64,000 nucleotides of DNA from Hadesarchaea archaeon (GCA_030619825.1 JAUXAS010000002.1:3363-67362), one strand, 5' to 3'; shown: positions 27,497 through 36,882, counted from the first letter of the stretch. Program-made: numbers and translations. The notes: generated by a model not told the origin, from the letters alone.

Positions 27497-28507
27497 CTAC
27501 TTTTTTCTTGTGCCGATTACCTTGATTGTGTCGCTGCCCTCAAAGTAAAATCCCGCGACTTCTCCCGTTATTTTCAATTCGAGCTCATCAGCGATCCCTG
27601 CCTCTTCATTGTTGACGTCACCAACATTAAGCCAGTCCACTATAGCGGCTCTGTCGAACTTGACCATGAGATCGGGGATGCCGTCGTCGTCGTAGTCCCC
27701 GATTGCGGTTGGGTCAGCTGGATCTACTACAAATTCATTCTCAGCAGCGGTCAGCTTGATAGACCCAATGGCGATTTCATTAACATCGTAGGGCTCTGGG
27801 AGCTCGATGTAAGCGGTTACCCAATTGCCATTGCTCTTCAGGTTCAGGGTGTCGGGGTCGATGTCGATTGTGGCGGGTAACGGGACGTAGGTGACTTCAA
27901 GATATGGGTCATTTGTAGCCTCCATTGAATGAAAAGATGCTGTTCGGTCTATCCAACATGCTTCGTTTTGAGTTTTCAACTTCAACGAAACGATATTTTC
28001 CCCAGCGTTATATTCATTTTCCACGAAAGATTTGACATCCCAATTATCCCAATATGCAACGTACCAAGATAATCTTTCGAGCATAGTTATGTGAGTTGGT
28101 TGATTATTCCACGTTACCCCACTTTCTATCCAGTTATCGTTATCCACAGACCACACTTCTGGTTCGGTGTAACCACTTACATTCGAGTAAGCCGTGCAAT
28201 ACATAAAAAGTTTAGCTTCAGTTATTGTTATACCAGAAGGCAAAGTTGATATGTCAAATTTTAACAAAATTCTACGAGCAGCACTTTCTTTTGTTGTAAG
28301 TAAGAGTTCAGTTGATGTGCCGTAATTGATATCAGGATTTTCTTGGTCGATATAAGCATCATTATTTGGATATAACTTCAACTTCACCGGTTCGGTGTAG
28401 GTCGCTCCAACAACAGGCACCGTCGATAGTAAAGCAGTCATGCTCACGAGCGGCGCGAGCAACGCGGTAATCAGCAGCACCGTCAGCGTCGATGCAGCCT
28501 TCTTCAT
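27497..28507 (-). CDS. Secreted DNRLRE-type domain protein with a C-terminal beta-rich module
   Basis: Signal peptide MKKAASTLTVLLITALLAPLV. INYGTSTELLL...RRILLKFDISTLPSGITITEAKL...WIESGVTWNNQP. The central part is visibly AT-richer than the flanks. Confidence 0.8.
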   Translation of the reverse strand: MKKAASTLTVLLITALLAPLVSMTALLSTVPVVGATYTEPVKLKLYPNNDAYIDQENPDINYGTSTELLLTTKESAARRILLKFDISTLPSGITITEAKLFMYCTAYSNVSGYTEPEVWSVDNDNWIESGVTWNNQPTHITMLERLSWYVAYWDNWDVKSFVENEYNAGENIVSLKLKTQNEACWIDRTASFHSMEATNDPYLEVTYVPLPATIDIDPDTLNLKSNGNWVTAYIELPEPYDVNEIAIGSIKLTAAENEFVVDPADPTAIGDYDDDGIPDLMVKFDRAAIVDWLNVGDVNNEEAGIADELELKITGEVAGFYFEGSDTIKVIGTRKK

Positions 28508-28898
28508 CCCCCACTCACCCCACCTCCATCCGAAAAGGGGTATTTAACGTTTGTGGTCGAAAAGGCTTTGCACAATAATTGGTTTTCTGCACAAAAAATG
28601 CACTGTCTGCATAATAATTGCGTGAGCCACGCAACGAGTTTCGAAACCCTTTGCGCGTGGCCGGGAAGGCAAAGTGAGGATCACCAACCAGTCCAAGCCA
28701 CGCGCGACTCGCGAATCGAACCTTCACAACGGCTGGACAAGTCCGAGCGAAGAGGATGACCGCGGATTGCCACAGTGGTTTAAGCACTAGGGGGATAAAT
28801 CGCTTTGGACCACTATGAACCAGAAGAAGTCCAAGCCCTCGATGGGTTGGGTCTATTTTGGCACCAGCTAGAGAACCGTTTCTACAAAACAATTTATC

Positions 28899-29306
28899 TC
28901 ACCCAGCAGGATTACCTGCCTGCTCCACATATTGGAGGACGGCTCTTTGGTACTTCGCCACTAAGCCTTTTCGGATGCGCCTGAGGCGCTTTATCTTGAT
29001 TTCAAACTTGCGGACCGATACGGCCGTCATCGTCACGGGCGCTGCGGGGGCTCCCACGAGCAAGGGGGTTCCCACGAGCATGGAGGACCAAGCCAGCGGA
29101 GCCCCTCCAAAAAGTTTGGTACTCATCGCCACGATCGCGAATAAGAAAACCGCAAGGCCGAAGACCCATGTCGCGAACCCAAACCTCAGCATGTTTTTTG
29201 TATACGACCATCTATTCTCCTCTAAGCGACGAAGCTTGCGCTCGGTGGTCCGGAGCTGCTGCTTAACCTCCTCGAATTTTATGAACGCTTCCCGACCCAT
29301 ATGCAT
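28899..29306 (-). CDS. Small membrane protein (coiled N-terminus, two TM helices, basic tail)
   Basis: MHMGREAFIKFEEVKQQL..., then FGFATWVFGLAVFLFAIVAM and LAWSSMLVGTPLLVGAPAAPV. GGGGAG lies upstream of ATG 29306. Confidence 0.45.
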   Translation of the reverse strand: MHMGREAFIKFEEVKQQLRTTERKLRRLEENRWSYTKNMLRFGFATWVFGLAVFLFAIVAMSTKLFGGAPLAWSSMLVGTPLLVGAPAAPVTMTAVSVRKFEIKIKRLRRIRKGLVAKYQRAVLQYVEQAGNPAG

Positions 29307-29317
29307 GATACTCCCCT

Positions 29318-29446
29318 TTCCCGAATCTGGAAGGATCTCGCAAGTTATGGCTCCTATCCAGTTTACACTCAAACCTTTACTAGGCGTCCTTTCAGCGACC
29401 TCGGGGGAATGGAGTTGTTTCGCCCCTTATCGAAACTATAATAGTC
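29318..29446 (+). repeat. Conserved non-coding module, copy E (long form)
   Basis: Core 29383-29446 is GGCGTCCTTTCAGCGACCTCGGGGGAATGGAGTTGTTTCGCCCCTTATCGAAACTATAATAGTC. The 5' extension is shared with copy A. Confidence 0.8.
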
Positions 29447-29655
29447 CTGTTATGGAGGCTGGAATTTGCGACAGATACCGCGGATTGCCATAACGATTTA
29501 AGCGCCCCGGGGATAAAGCGATTTTGGAGTTAGTCTTAGGGAGGCAACGAAGGGGGTGAAAAAGTGGAAAAGCGGGAAATTCAAATTAGAGGAACGCCTG
29601 CTATGGTAAAGCCCTTATTTGCAGACGAAGTGGTTCTTGGAGTTTCCGAAAGAAC

Positions 29656-30003
29656 CTACAGGAGGTCAGTGACCAGGGCGGCATCCCGTACATCCCTTTT
29701 AGGGCGGGTACTGCAGGCAAATGCCGGGGGGCAATAATCTGGAGGAGGATGTACCAATACTTTACAGAGCACAAGGCAGAGTTTGAGAAACACTACCACA
29801 AGCGGAGCAACGCGGAAACCGTCTTCGCCATGATCAAGCGGAAATTGGGTGTGGGCCTCCGAAACAAGAAGGAGATCAGCCAAGAAAACGAGATACTACT
29901 GAAATGTTTGGCCCACAACATCATCGTCTTGATTCACGAAATGTGCGAACTCGGGATAAAGGTTGATTTTAATTATTGTGCAGAATCGGTTTTTATGGGG
30001 TAG
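29656..30003 (+). pseudogene. C-terminal fragment of a DDE transposase
   Basis: LQEVSDQGGIPYIPFRAGTAGKCRGAIIWRRMYQYFTEHKAEFEKHYHKRSNAETVFAMIKRKLG...ENEILLKCLAHNIIVLIHEM is the conserved C-terminal third (catalytic E region). About 250 N-terminal residues are missing. Confidence 0.7.
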
Positions 30004-30171
30004 TGAGGTTAATTTTTGTGCAAACCCGGTCGAAAAGTCGAAAACACGATTGTAGCCGCCCACGCTAACCGGACGCAGGTCAAGTTGACCCCAGTGATCC
30101 AAATCTTATGAAAATGCTCATAAAATGGTGCAAAGCTAAGGCTGGGGACCACAGGATGTTAAATTGATTTT

Positions 30172-31278
30172 TTACTCGACAATCGCCACTAGGATGACAT
30201 CTTTGGTCGCAGTCATGTGCAGCTCGTACTGCGTGATCTCCGCACCAATGTCGTCGGGTACCTCCACCATGTAAATCACTGATACACCGTACTCCCCAAT
30301 ATTTGCGCTTCGGGCGCGATCCATGACGTCTACACCGTAATCCTGCCAAGCGACGGCTGCTGCATCCGCGTCCCCGGCTGCGGCTGCCTTGATGCTCTCC
30401 CAAACGTTCACCGAGTAGGACTGCGTGGTGGCCCCGTCCGTCAGGGCCCACTCAATGGTGGCGATGTCGGATTGGGAGTAGATCACACTGCCGACTGTGG
30501 CATTCCCCCATATGGGCCTCATGTTATCGGTCGCTATGTCATAAACGTAGATCTTCACGGTCGAATTGGGTTTGATTGTGGGGGTTCGTTGGAAGGTATC
30601 CAAAACCGGTACCTCGACGGTGCTGGGATTTTCAAATTTTAGTTTACGTAGGGTCTGCCAAATTTCCCCTGCAACGTACGCGAGCGCATCATCCTTAGAC
30701 ATCCATTCTCCATAGAGCAGGGAATTCATCCGCAACATCGCTATTTTGCTTGCAGTAAAATTTCCTATTAAATTGGCAAAGTGGGTCCGCCAAGTTGAGG
30801 CCGCTTGGTTATCTATCTGAGGCTCGTACGCCTCCATCTGCGACCTGCTCGTCATGGTGTTTATTTTTTCCTTGAGGCTCTGCGAGAGCGCTGCGAGCTC
30901 TGGCACGTCAGCAGTCGTGAAGTAGGTACCGTTCGTGGCCGTGGCGACTTCGTCCAGCAGCTGCTTGCGCTTTTGCTCAAGTTGGGCAGTCGAGGCCACC
31001 TCAACCAAAATCGCATTGACCTCGCTCTTGGATCCCGCGTCTTGGACTTCGGCCGAATATCTCGATGCCGCCTCTGATGCTTGATCGGTTCCTATCGCTG
31101 CCAGAGTTGAATTTATCTGATCCAAAGCCGACAGCTTCGCCTGCTCGAACTCCTCGGCCGCGGGCTTTGCTACGCCGAAATAGTAAATCCCAAAAATGAC
31201 CGCACCTATAATCCCAAAAACGACTACTGCACCGATGATTGGCCTAAAATCGATTTCCCTTCGCGCGATAATAATCAC
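30172..31278 (-). CDS. Membrane-anchored hypothetical protein
   Basis: N-terminal TM IIGAVVVFGIIGAVIFGIYYF, then a long helical region and a beta-rich C-terminal domain. Family not recognised. Confidence 0.55.
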   Translation of the reverse strand: MIIIARREIDFRPIIGAVVVFGIIGAVIFGIYYFGVAKPAAEEFEQAKLSALDQINSTLAAIGTDQASEAASRYSAEVQDAGSKSEVNAILVEVASTAQLEQKRKQLLDEVATATNGTYFTTADVPELAALSQSLKEKINTMTSRSQMEAYEPQIDNQAASTWRTHFANLIGNFTASKIAMLRMNSLLYGEWMSKDDALAYVAGEIWQTLRKLKFENPSTVEVPVLDTFQRTPTIKPNSTVKIYVYDIATDNMRPIWGNATVGSVIYSQSDIATIEWALTDGATTQSYSVNVWESIKAAAAGDADAAAVAWQDYGVDVMDRARSANIGEYGVSVIYMVEVPDDIGAEITQYELHMTATKDVILVAIVE

Positions 31279-31329
31279 CCAACCAAAAATAGATGAAATC
31301 CGTAGCCTATATTAATGCTTTGGGTATCG

Positions 31330-32025
31330 ATGGACAAGCGAGCACTTCGCGAGCGGGTCTGGCGGGAACTGGAGGCAAGAGGCGTTACCACTTTCCCGAA
31401 ACCCGCTCGAGGGAGGATCCCGAACTTTGTGGGGAGCAGAACGGCAGCTACCCTTCTCCGCTCGTTGCCGACCTACGCCCAGGCCCGAACGATCTTCGTG
31501 AACCCAGATGCTGCCCAGCTAGCCGTGCGGGAGCTTGCGCTGCGCGATGGAAAACGCCTGATCATGGCAACCCCCAGACTGCGAGAGGGCTTCATCCTGC
31601 TCGATCCGGCGGAAATAAAAGATGCGAGGGGGGCGGCGAGCATCCGAGGTGCCTTCAAGCACGGTAGAAAAACAAGCGTTCACGGGGTGAAGGTGGAGAT
31701 GATTGTTGAGGGTTCCGTGGTCGTGGACAGGAGGGGCGGCAGGGTGGGAAAAGGAGGCGGCTTCGGTGACCTGGAGTTCGCCATCCTGCGTGAAACCGGA
31801 GCTGTCACAGACACGCCACCCATCGTGACGACAGTTCATCCCCTGCAGATCGTCGACGAGGTACCGATGAGCGAGCACGATGTTCCGGTCGACTTCATCG
31901 TTACACCGAATCGTATCATCGAAACCACCCACGCCCACCCAAAACCGCCGGGAATCATTTGGGAGCTCCTGCCGAGCGATGTGTTTAAGCGCATGCCAAT
32001 CCTTGCAGAACTGAGGAGAAAATAA
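31330..32025 (+). CDS. 5-formyltetrahydrofolate cyclo-ligase family protein
   Basis: MDKRALRERVWRELE...RIPNF.G...VDRRGGRVGKGGGFGDLEFAIL fits the MTHFS-like family. Confidence 0.7.
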   Translation: MDKRALRERVWRELEARGVTTFPKPARGRIPNFVGSRTAATLLRSLPTYAQARTIFVNPDAAQLAVRELALRDGKRLIMATPRLREGFILLDPAEIKDARGAASIRGAFKHGRKTSVHGVKVEMIVEGSVVVDRRGGRVGKGGGFGDLEFAILRETGAVTDTPPIVTTVHPLQIVDEVPMSEHDVPVDFIVTPNRIIETTHAHPKPPGIIWELLPSDVFKRMPILAELRRK

Positions 32026-32672
32026 TGATAGCGGGCACGGACGAGGCTGGGAGGGGGCCAGTTTTTGGTCCGATGGTGCTCTGCGGCGTGCTTCTCGACG
32101 AGCGAATGCTTGAGGAGCTAAAAACCGCTGGGGTCAGGGACTCGAAACTTCTTACACCAAAAAGGCGCGAGACGCTTGCTGAGCTTATCTCTCAAAAGGC
32201 TGCGAAGTGCGAAATCGTGGAACTCTTGCCGGCCGAGATAGATGAATCCCGCCTCATCAAAAAAATTAACCTCAACGAGCTAGAGGCGATGAAGTTCGCT
32301 CAAATCCTCGATCGCCTAAAGCCGGAGATCGCGTACGTCGACTCAACCGATCCAAATCCTGCGATGTTTAAGGAGCGAATCCAGCGTCACATCCAAACAA
32401 AAACAAAGCTTGTGGTCGAGAACTTCGCCGACCGCAATTATGTCGTCGTGGCCGCTGCGTCTATCGTCGCAAAAGTCCGCCGCGACCAGCGAATAAACGA
32501 GCTGCGCAAGCGCTACGGGGATCTCGGCTCGGGGTACACCTCCGACCCCCGCACGATCGCCTTCCTCGAGCGGTGGGTACGCGAGCATGGGAAGCTGCCG
32601 GAGTTCGCGAGGAAATCGTGGGAAACGGCGCAGCGCATCGAGAGTGAGGCTAAGCAAAAAAAGCTCACATAA
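32025..32672 (+). CDS. rnhB: Ribonuclease HII
   Basis: IAGTDEAGRGPVFGPMVLCGV, VDSTDP and SIVAKVRRDQ are RNase HII motifs. Confidence 0.9.
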   Translation: MIAGTDEAGRGPVFGPMVLCGVLLDERMLEELKTAGVRDSKLLTPKRRETLAELISQKAAKCEIVELLPAEIDESRLIKKINLNELEAMKFAQILDRLKPEIAYVDSTDPNPAMFKERIQRHIQTKTKLVVENFADRNYVVVAAASIVAKVRRDQRINELRKRYGDLGSGYTSDPRTIAFLERWVREHGKLPEFARKSWETAQRIESEAKQKKLT

Positions 32673-33113
32673 TGAAAACATCGTTCCAGCAAGGAAGAGC
32701 TCCTCGAACTCGCGCGGGCTGCAAGGCGAGAGGGGATTAAAAACGCGAAGATTTTTACCGTCGAGGATGGGCTTGAAACTGTTTATTAAATTGGCCCCCG
32801 ATGTCCCCGACACAACTAACAGCGAGCTTCATTGAGTGTCTTTTCGACGTCCTTCACTCGCTAACCCTCGATGGCGGGTTTTCCCGGGGGCCGCCCGCCG
32901 TGTCCCGCACCAGGGTTGTCTCGAATGTCATTGCTAGGTGTTCCCGCCAATATGCTCCTACGAGGACCCAATTTGGCACGATTGCCGACGGGTTGCTCCA
33001 GTGTTCCCGCGATGATGCACCGGCGCTCATGGATCACGCCAGCTCTCGATTCCCGCGGATTATTCCTTCATCGCATTTTAAATTGGTTTTCGTGAAGTAA
33101 AAACCTTACTTCT

Positions 33114-34754
33114 CTACCCTAAATCAAACTCAAACGTCACAACCGGGTGCTCGAGCTCGAAACCGAGGATGACTTCGGGATGAATCTCTCCCACGACGCC
33201 CAAGCTCTTGCCATCAGAGACGAACTCCGCCGCCCGACCTTCCAAGAAGCTGGGGTGCTCGATGGGGCGAACCTCGTGGCTGATGCCGAGCTCTCGGAGC
33301 AGAGTTTCCGCAACGGCTTTGATATAGGTGAACCCCAATCCCTCACCTATCACCGCTGCTGCGGCACGGCGTACATTTCGCGCGCCCGTTTCCGCACCCT
33401 CATCTAGCAAGGCGACATCACCCACCTCAAACACCCGCTGGGGCAACGGGTTGCGTCGGTTCGCTCGCAGCACCGAGAGCAAGCAAGGGAGCAGCGAGTT
33501 CCTGATAATTGTGTACTCCTCCGACACCGGGTTCGCGATTTCCACCGCCTCACCCCGTGCACGCATGAGCTCGAAGTTCGTGCGTGGGTTTGTAAGCGTG
33601 TAGGTCATAGCCTCCATGAAGCCCAGCCCCGTCAAAACTCGCCTGGCCCGCTCGCTGAGTCGCTCAATCGGCATTCGCTCACCCGTGGTCACAACCTTCG
33701 GCAGCGTGGGCTCGAGCTGGTCGTAGCCGTAGCCTATGGCTATGTTCTCAATGATATCAACCTCATGCATTAGGTCACTTCGATAGGGCGGGGCCAGCAG
33801 CGTCAGAATATCACCCCAAATGTCCGCGATGCCGTAGCGCATGCGCTCCGCAATTTTGGCGATTCCCCTTGGTTTCAGGTTGATGCCTATGAACTCGTTC
33901 GCGTTGCGCGCGCTCAAGCGGTGCCTGCGGGGGCGGAGGTCGGGCGTCCGAACGCGCCTGCCAGGATACTTAACCGCCACCGATCTGAGCTCAAATCCCC
34001 GCTCCGCCAGCCCGGTCATCAAAATCGTCAAGGATTGGTTCGCCACGCGCTCGTCCTCCCCGGTGACATCGATGAAGAGTTGCCTCGTCTTGCTCGTGAC
34101 GCGCGTGGACTCGCTGTTGATGATAGGGGGTATAGAGAGCACCACGCCCTGTGAGTCGACCAACAGCGGGTAGCGTGACCACCCTCGCGTGATCGAGCCG
34201 TACTCGATGCCCTTCGGATGCTCGCGCAGGATCTGAGCGGGGGTGAGCTCCCGGTTGAATTCCAGCGGGACGAAACGGATGCCATCTGGCAGCGTGGTGG
34301 TGTAGCGCACGGGCGGCTCGATAGTATCGAGGTCATAGACACCTATCGAGCCCCTGCGCCGATTTCTGCAAAGTGAGGCGTGGAGCTTCTCCTGAACCTG
34401 CATGAGCGATGCAACTATCTCATCAATCAGCTTCACCTTGGTCACCACACCCGCTGCGATGAAAGGCCGGATGGGCTTGACGCTCCGGTCGACCTGAACC
34501 ATCACCCCGGATGCACTCGGCTCGTAGCTGGGCAGTCCGATCTCTATGCCCAAGAAGCCCTTGAGCACCCGAGCCACGCCTTCGGGGCTGAGTAGGTCTG
34601 GGCGATTGTGGGCCACCTCGAGTTTGAGCTCATCGCCGGCCGCCTCAGTGATATCAATCCCGATCATCACCAAGTGCCCCAGCAACTTCTTCAGCCCTAT
34701 TCGCCTGCCCAACAGCTTGCAGAGATCGCGGTAGCTCACGGTAATCGATGGCAT
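33114..34754 (-). CDS. pheT: Phenylalanine--tRNA ligase beta subunit (archaeal type)
   Basis: 546 aa. MPSITVSYRDLCKLLG start, B3/4 and B5 domain pattern. Immediately downstream of pheS. Confidence 0.92.
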   Translation of the reverse strand: MPSITVSYRDLCKLLGRRIGLKKLLGHLVMIGIDITEAAGDELKLEVAHNRPDLLSPEGVARVLKGFLGIEIGLPSYEPSASGVMVQVDRSVKPIRPFIAAGVVTKVKLIDEIVASLMQVQEKLHASLCRNRRRGSIGVYDLDTIEPPVRYTTTLPDGIRFVPLEFNRELTPAQILREHPKGIEYGSITRGWSRYPLLVDSQGVVLSIPPIINSESTRVTSKTRQLFIDVTGEDERVANQSLTILMTGLAERGFELRSVAVKYPGRRVRTPDLRPRRHRLSARNANEFIGINLKPRGIAKIAERMRYGIADIWGDILTLLAPPYRSDLMHEVDIIENIAIGYGYDQLEPTLPKVVTTGERMPIERLSERARRVLTGLGFMEAMTYTLTNPRTNFELMRARGEAVEIANPVSEEYTIIRNSLLPCLLSVLRANRRNPLPQRVFEVGDVALLDEGAETGARNVRRAAAAVIGEGLGFTYIKAVAETLLRELGISHEVRPIEHPSFLEGRAAEFVSDGKSLGVVGEIHPEVILGFELEHPVVTFEFDLG

Positions 34755-36311
34755 CTAAACCATCCTCCAGGCGTGAAGCCACTCGAGATCGTTGTTGAAC
34801 AAGTCCCGAATATCCTCGATCCCAAGCCTAATCATGGCCAAGCGCGAGAAACCAATCCCCCATGCCAAGACTGGGTAGCGAATGCCGAGCGGGCGAAGCA
34901 ACTCAGGTCTGAACATGCCGGCGCCCAAAACCTCAAGCCACTCGCCCTTCTCGGGAAAGTACACATCGGCCTCGACCGATGGTTCAGTGTAGGGGAAGTA
35001 GCCCGGCCTGAACCTCACCTTAGGGAGTCCCAGCTTGACCATGACCTGCTTCAGGTACCCCAGCATGTCCCGCAGCGTTAGCTTCGGGTCCATCACGATG
35101 CCCTCGGCCTGATAGAATTCGGCGAGGTGCTTGTAGTCAATTTTCTCGTGGCGATAAACGCGATTGATGCAGAAAATCTTGACGGGGGGCTCTGGGTGTG
35201 AGGCGAGGTATCGTACGGTTGCGGCAGTCGTCTGCGAGCACAGCACGGGTCTTCGGCTTACCTCTATGTTGAACTTGTAGCCCCAACCCGTCGACCCGGC
35301 GACACCCCGTTCGTGCGCGGCGGCAACTCGTCTGACCAACGCAGGTGAAGGGAGTTTAGTCCGCTCCGGCTTCGATAGCGAAAGGCTATCGTGAATTTCG
35401 CGCGCGGGGTGATCCTGAGCTTGGAAGAGAGCATCGAAATTCCAGAACTCAGATTCGACAAAGTTACTCCTGATCTCGACGAAACCCATCTCGAGCAAGA
35501 TCTCGCGGAGCTCGTCGATGACCTGCTGCTGGGGGTGAACCTTTCCCGGGTGGACCGGGGCTCCCGGAGCTACCACGTCATAACGTCTGAGTCTGACCTC
35601 CCGCCAACGCCCGCTCACGAGCAACTCGTGGGTTAGTTCGCTCACCTCCTCAACCAGCTCGACGCCGAGCGCGAGGGCTTGATTCCCGAACTCTGTCAGC
35701 TTCAGCTCCCGCCGAGCTTCCTCTTCGGTCTTCACAAGCTTGCGCTCGACCAGCGTGTTGAGAGCTCCTCTCAGGTCGGCTGGAATCTCATCGACACGAT
35801 GCACGCGTGACGCTAATTGCTCGAGCAGCGCCTCATCTGCGAACTTCTGTGAAATCGCCGTTCCGCCCTGCTCGGTAATGGTTAGAACAGTTTTACCTTG
35901 CCGCTTTTGAAATTCTGCCCAGCCCTTGCGCGTGAGCCACGCTAGGGCTATTTGTACCAGTTTCCCCTTGAGGGCTGCGCGGGTAGCTACTTCATACACG
36001 AGTTCTGGACCACCGCTGGCGAGCGCAACCAGCATGCGTCGCTCCGGCAGGCCCTCGCGCGCGTACTCCAAACCTTCCTGGGTGAGACCCGCCCTTGAGA
36101 ACTTTTCTTCACGCATTCCGGCCAAACCATGTTGGGTGAGGGAAAGTGCCGCCCGCATCACCGTTGCTTGGTCGATCTCCGCCCGCTGGGTGATGTCCGT
36201 GACTCCCGCCCTACCGCCGAGCTGCTGGAGGGTAAGTAGGACTTTTTTCTCGTGAGGGGTCAGGCCATCAATGATCGCACGGATATCCAAGGCTTTCAAC
36301 CCCAGAAACAC
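34755..36311 (-). CDS. pheS: Phenylalanine--tRNA ligase alpha subunit (archaeal type)
   Basis: N-terminal wHTH repeats, class II motifs HPAREIHDS, FCINRVYRHE, GAGMFRPE. Confidence 0.92.
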   Translation of the reverse strand: MFLGLKALDIRAIIDGLTPHEKKVLLTLQQLGGRAGVTDITQRAEIDQATVMRAALSLTQHGLAGMREEKFSRAGLTQEGLEYAREGLPERRMLVALASGGPELVYEVATRAALKGKLVQIALAWLTRKGWAEFQKRQGKTVLTITEQGGTAISQKFADEALLEQLASRVHRVDEIPADLRGALNTLVERKLVKTEEEARRELKLTEFGNQALALGVELVEEVSELTHELLVSGRWREVRLRRYDVVAPGAPVHPGKVHPQQQVIDELREILLEMGFVEIRSNFVESEFWNFDALFQAQDHPAREIHDSLSLSKPERTKLPSPALVRRVAAAHERGVAGSTGWGYKFNIEVSRRPVLCSQTTAATVRYLASHPEPPVKIFCINRVYRHEKIDYKHLAEFYQAEGIVMDPKLTLRDMLGYLKQVMVKLGLPKVRFRPGYFPYTEPSVEADVYFPEKGEWLEVLGAGMFRPELLRPLGIRYPVLAWGIGFSRLAMIRLGIEDIRDLFNNDLEWLHAWRMV

Positions 36312-36456
36312 AAGGTGAGAGAGAGTTATAAAATCCGCTGAAGGAAACCCGCTTTAAAAGTGGGATGAAAGCGGTGCCGAACCTTGCTCGGTGAGGCCGG
36401 TTTGGTGGCTCAAAATGAACTGGATGAAGCTGAGATTAAAGGGTTGCGAGTAAAAA

Positions 36457-36882
36457 CTAAATCTTCAACCTTTTCAGCAACTTCCACGTTTGGATTATCT
36501 CGGTATCCCCGACCCGCTTCAGGGAAAGAATCCATTTATCGCCGGTGACCAAGTAATCGGCCCCACTCACGGCCGCTGCTGCCAAAATTGGAACATCCGC
36601 CTCATCGCTAATCAGCTTAGCATATCGCTTTTCAGAGCTTTTGTATGCGCTCTTGGATATTTTCTCATGTTTCACCAAGCGCAAAAACAGCGGGAAGAGG
36701 ACAGCGTGTTTTGGAAACTTTCTCTCGAGCACCGCGTTCGCTTCGTCGATTACGTCGGCGCTCAACACCAGCCCTAATTTTCCATCGATGATCGCATCCA
36801 GCAATTTTCTCTCGTTCCCGGCAAAACCCATCCCAGACACTAGGATATTGGTGTCTAAGAAAACCCTCGGCTTCTTGATCAT
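36457..36882 (-). CDS. vapC: PIN-domain toxin (VapC-like)
   Basis: VFLDTNILVS...SDEADVPILAAA...YLVTGDK are PIN acidic motifs. 4-nt overlap with the upstream AbrB gene. Confidence 0.8.
   Translation of the reverse strand: MIKKPRVFLDTNILVSGMGFAGNERKLLDAIIDGKLGLVLSADVIDEANAVLERKFPKHAVLFPLFLRLVKHEKISKSAYKSSEKRYAKLISDEADVPILAAAAVSGADYLVTGDKWILSLKRVGDTEIIQTWKLLKRLKI

Larger units (their letters stand above)
28553..30040 (+). mobile_element. Decayed IS element (terminal inverted repeats retained, only the transposase 3' third left, interior replaced)
   Basis: Left end TCGAAAAGGCTTTGCACAATAATTGG (about 28557-28583) matches the reverse complement of the right end TTAATTTTTGTGCAAACCCGGTCGA (about 30009-30037). 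Extra subterminal TGCACAA(A/T)AA(A/T)T copies occur at both ends. The transposase stop lies just inside the right repeat. Confidence 0.5.

Noticed and set aside
20602-29446. Considered whether the 65-nt module is an integron attC site, a self-cleaving ribozyme or a short peptide gene.
   Set aside because: The stem is only 8 bp and lacks the R''/R' RYYYAAC...GTTRRRY organisation of attC. No hammerhead CUGAUGA core or other ribozyme signature is present. Copies differ by single-nucleotide indels, so no reading frame is conserved.
28759-29530. Considered whether the 52-nt direct repeats are tRNA fragments. AGTGGTTTAAGCACT forms a T-arm-like hairpin, similar to the AT-shifted T-arm of the pseudo-tRNA copies.
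   Set aside because: No acceptor or anticodon arm can be built, and the second copy breaks the hairpin. The resemblance is noted but is insufficient to call them att sites.
32690-32800. Short frame KHRSSKEELLELARAARREGIKNAKIFTVEDGLETVY, reminiscent of a Pth2-like or other small-domain fragment, in the 440-nt rnhB-pheT spacer.
   Set aside because: There is no start codon, it is only 37 residues and the similarity is vague. The other ORFs in this spacer (32801..33100, 32343..32813) look like GC-driven random frames.
36320-36450. GATGAA...CTGA strings suggested a C/D box sRNA between pheS and vapC.
   Set aside because: The boxes do not match RUGAUGA/CUGA in the required C-D'-C'-D order or spacing, and no terminal stem or k-turn context is present.
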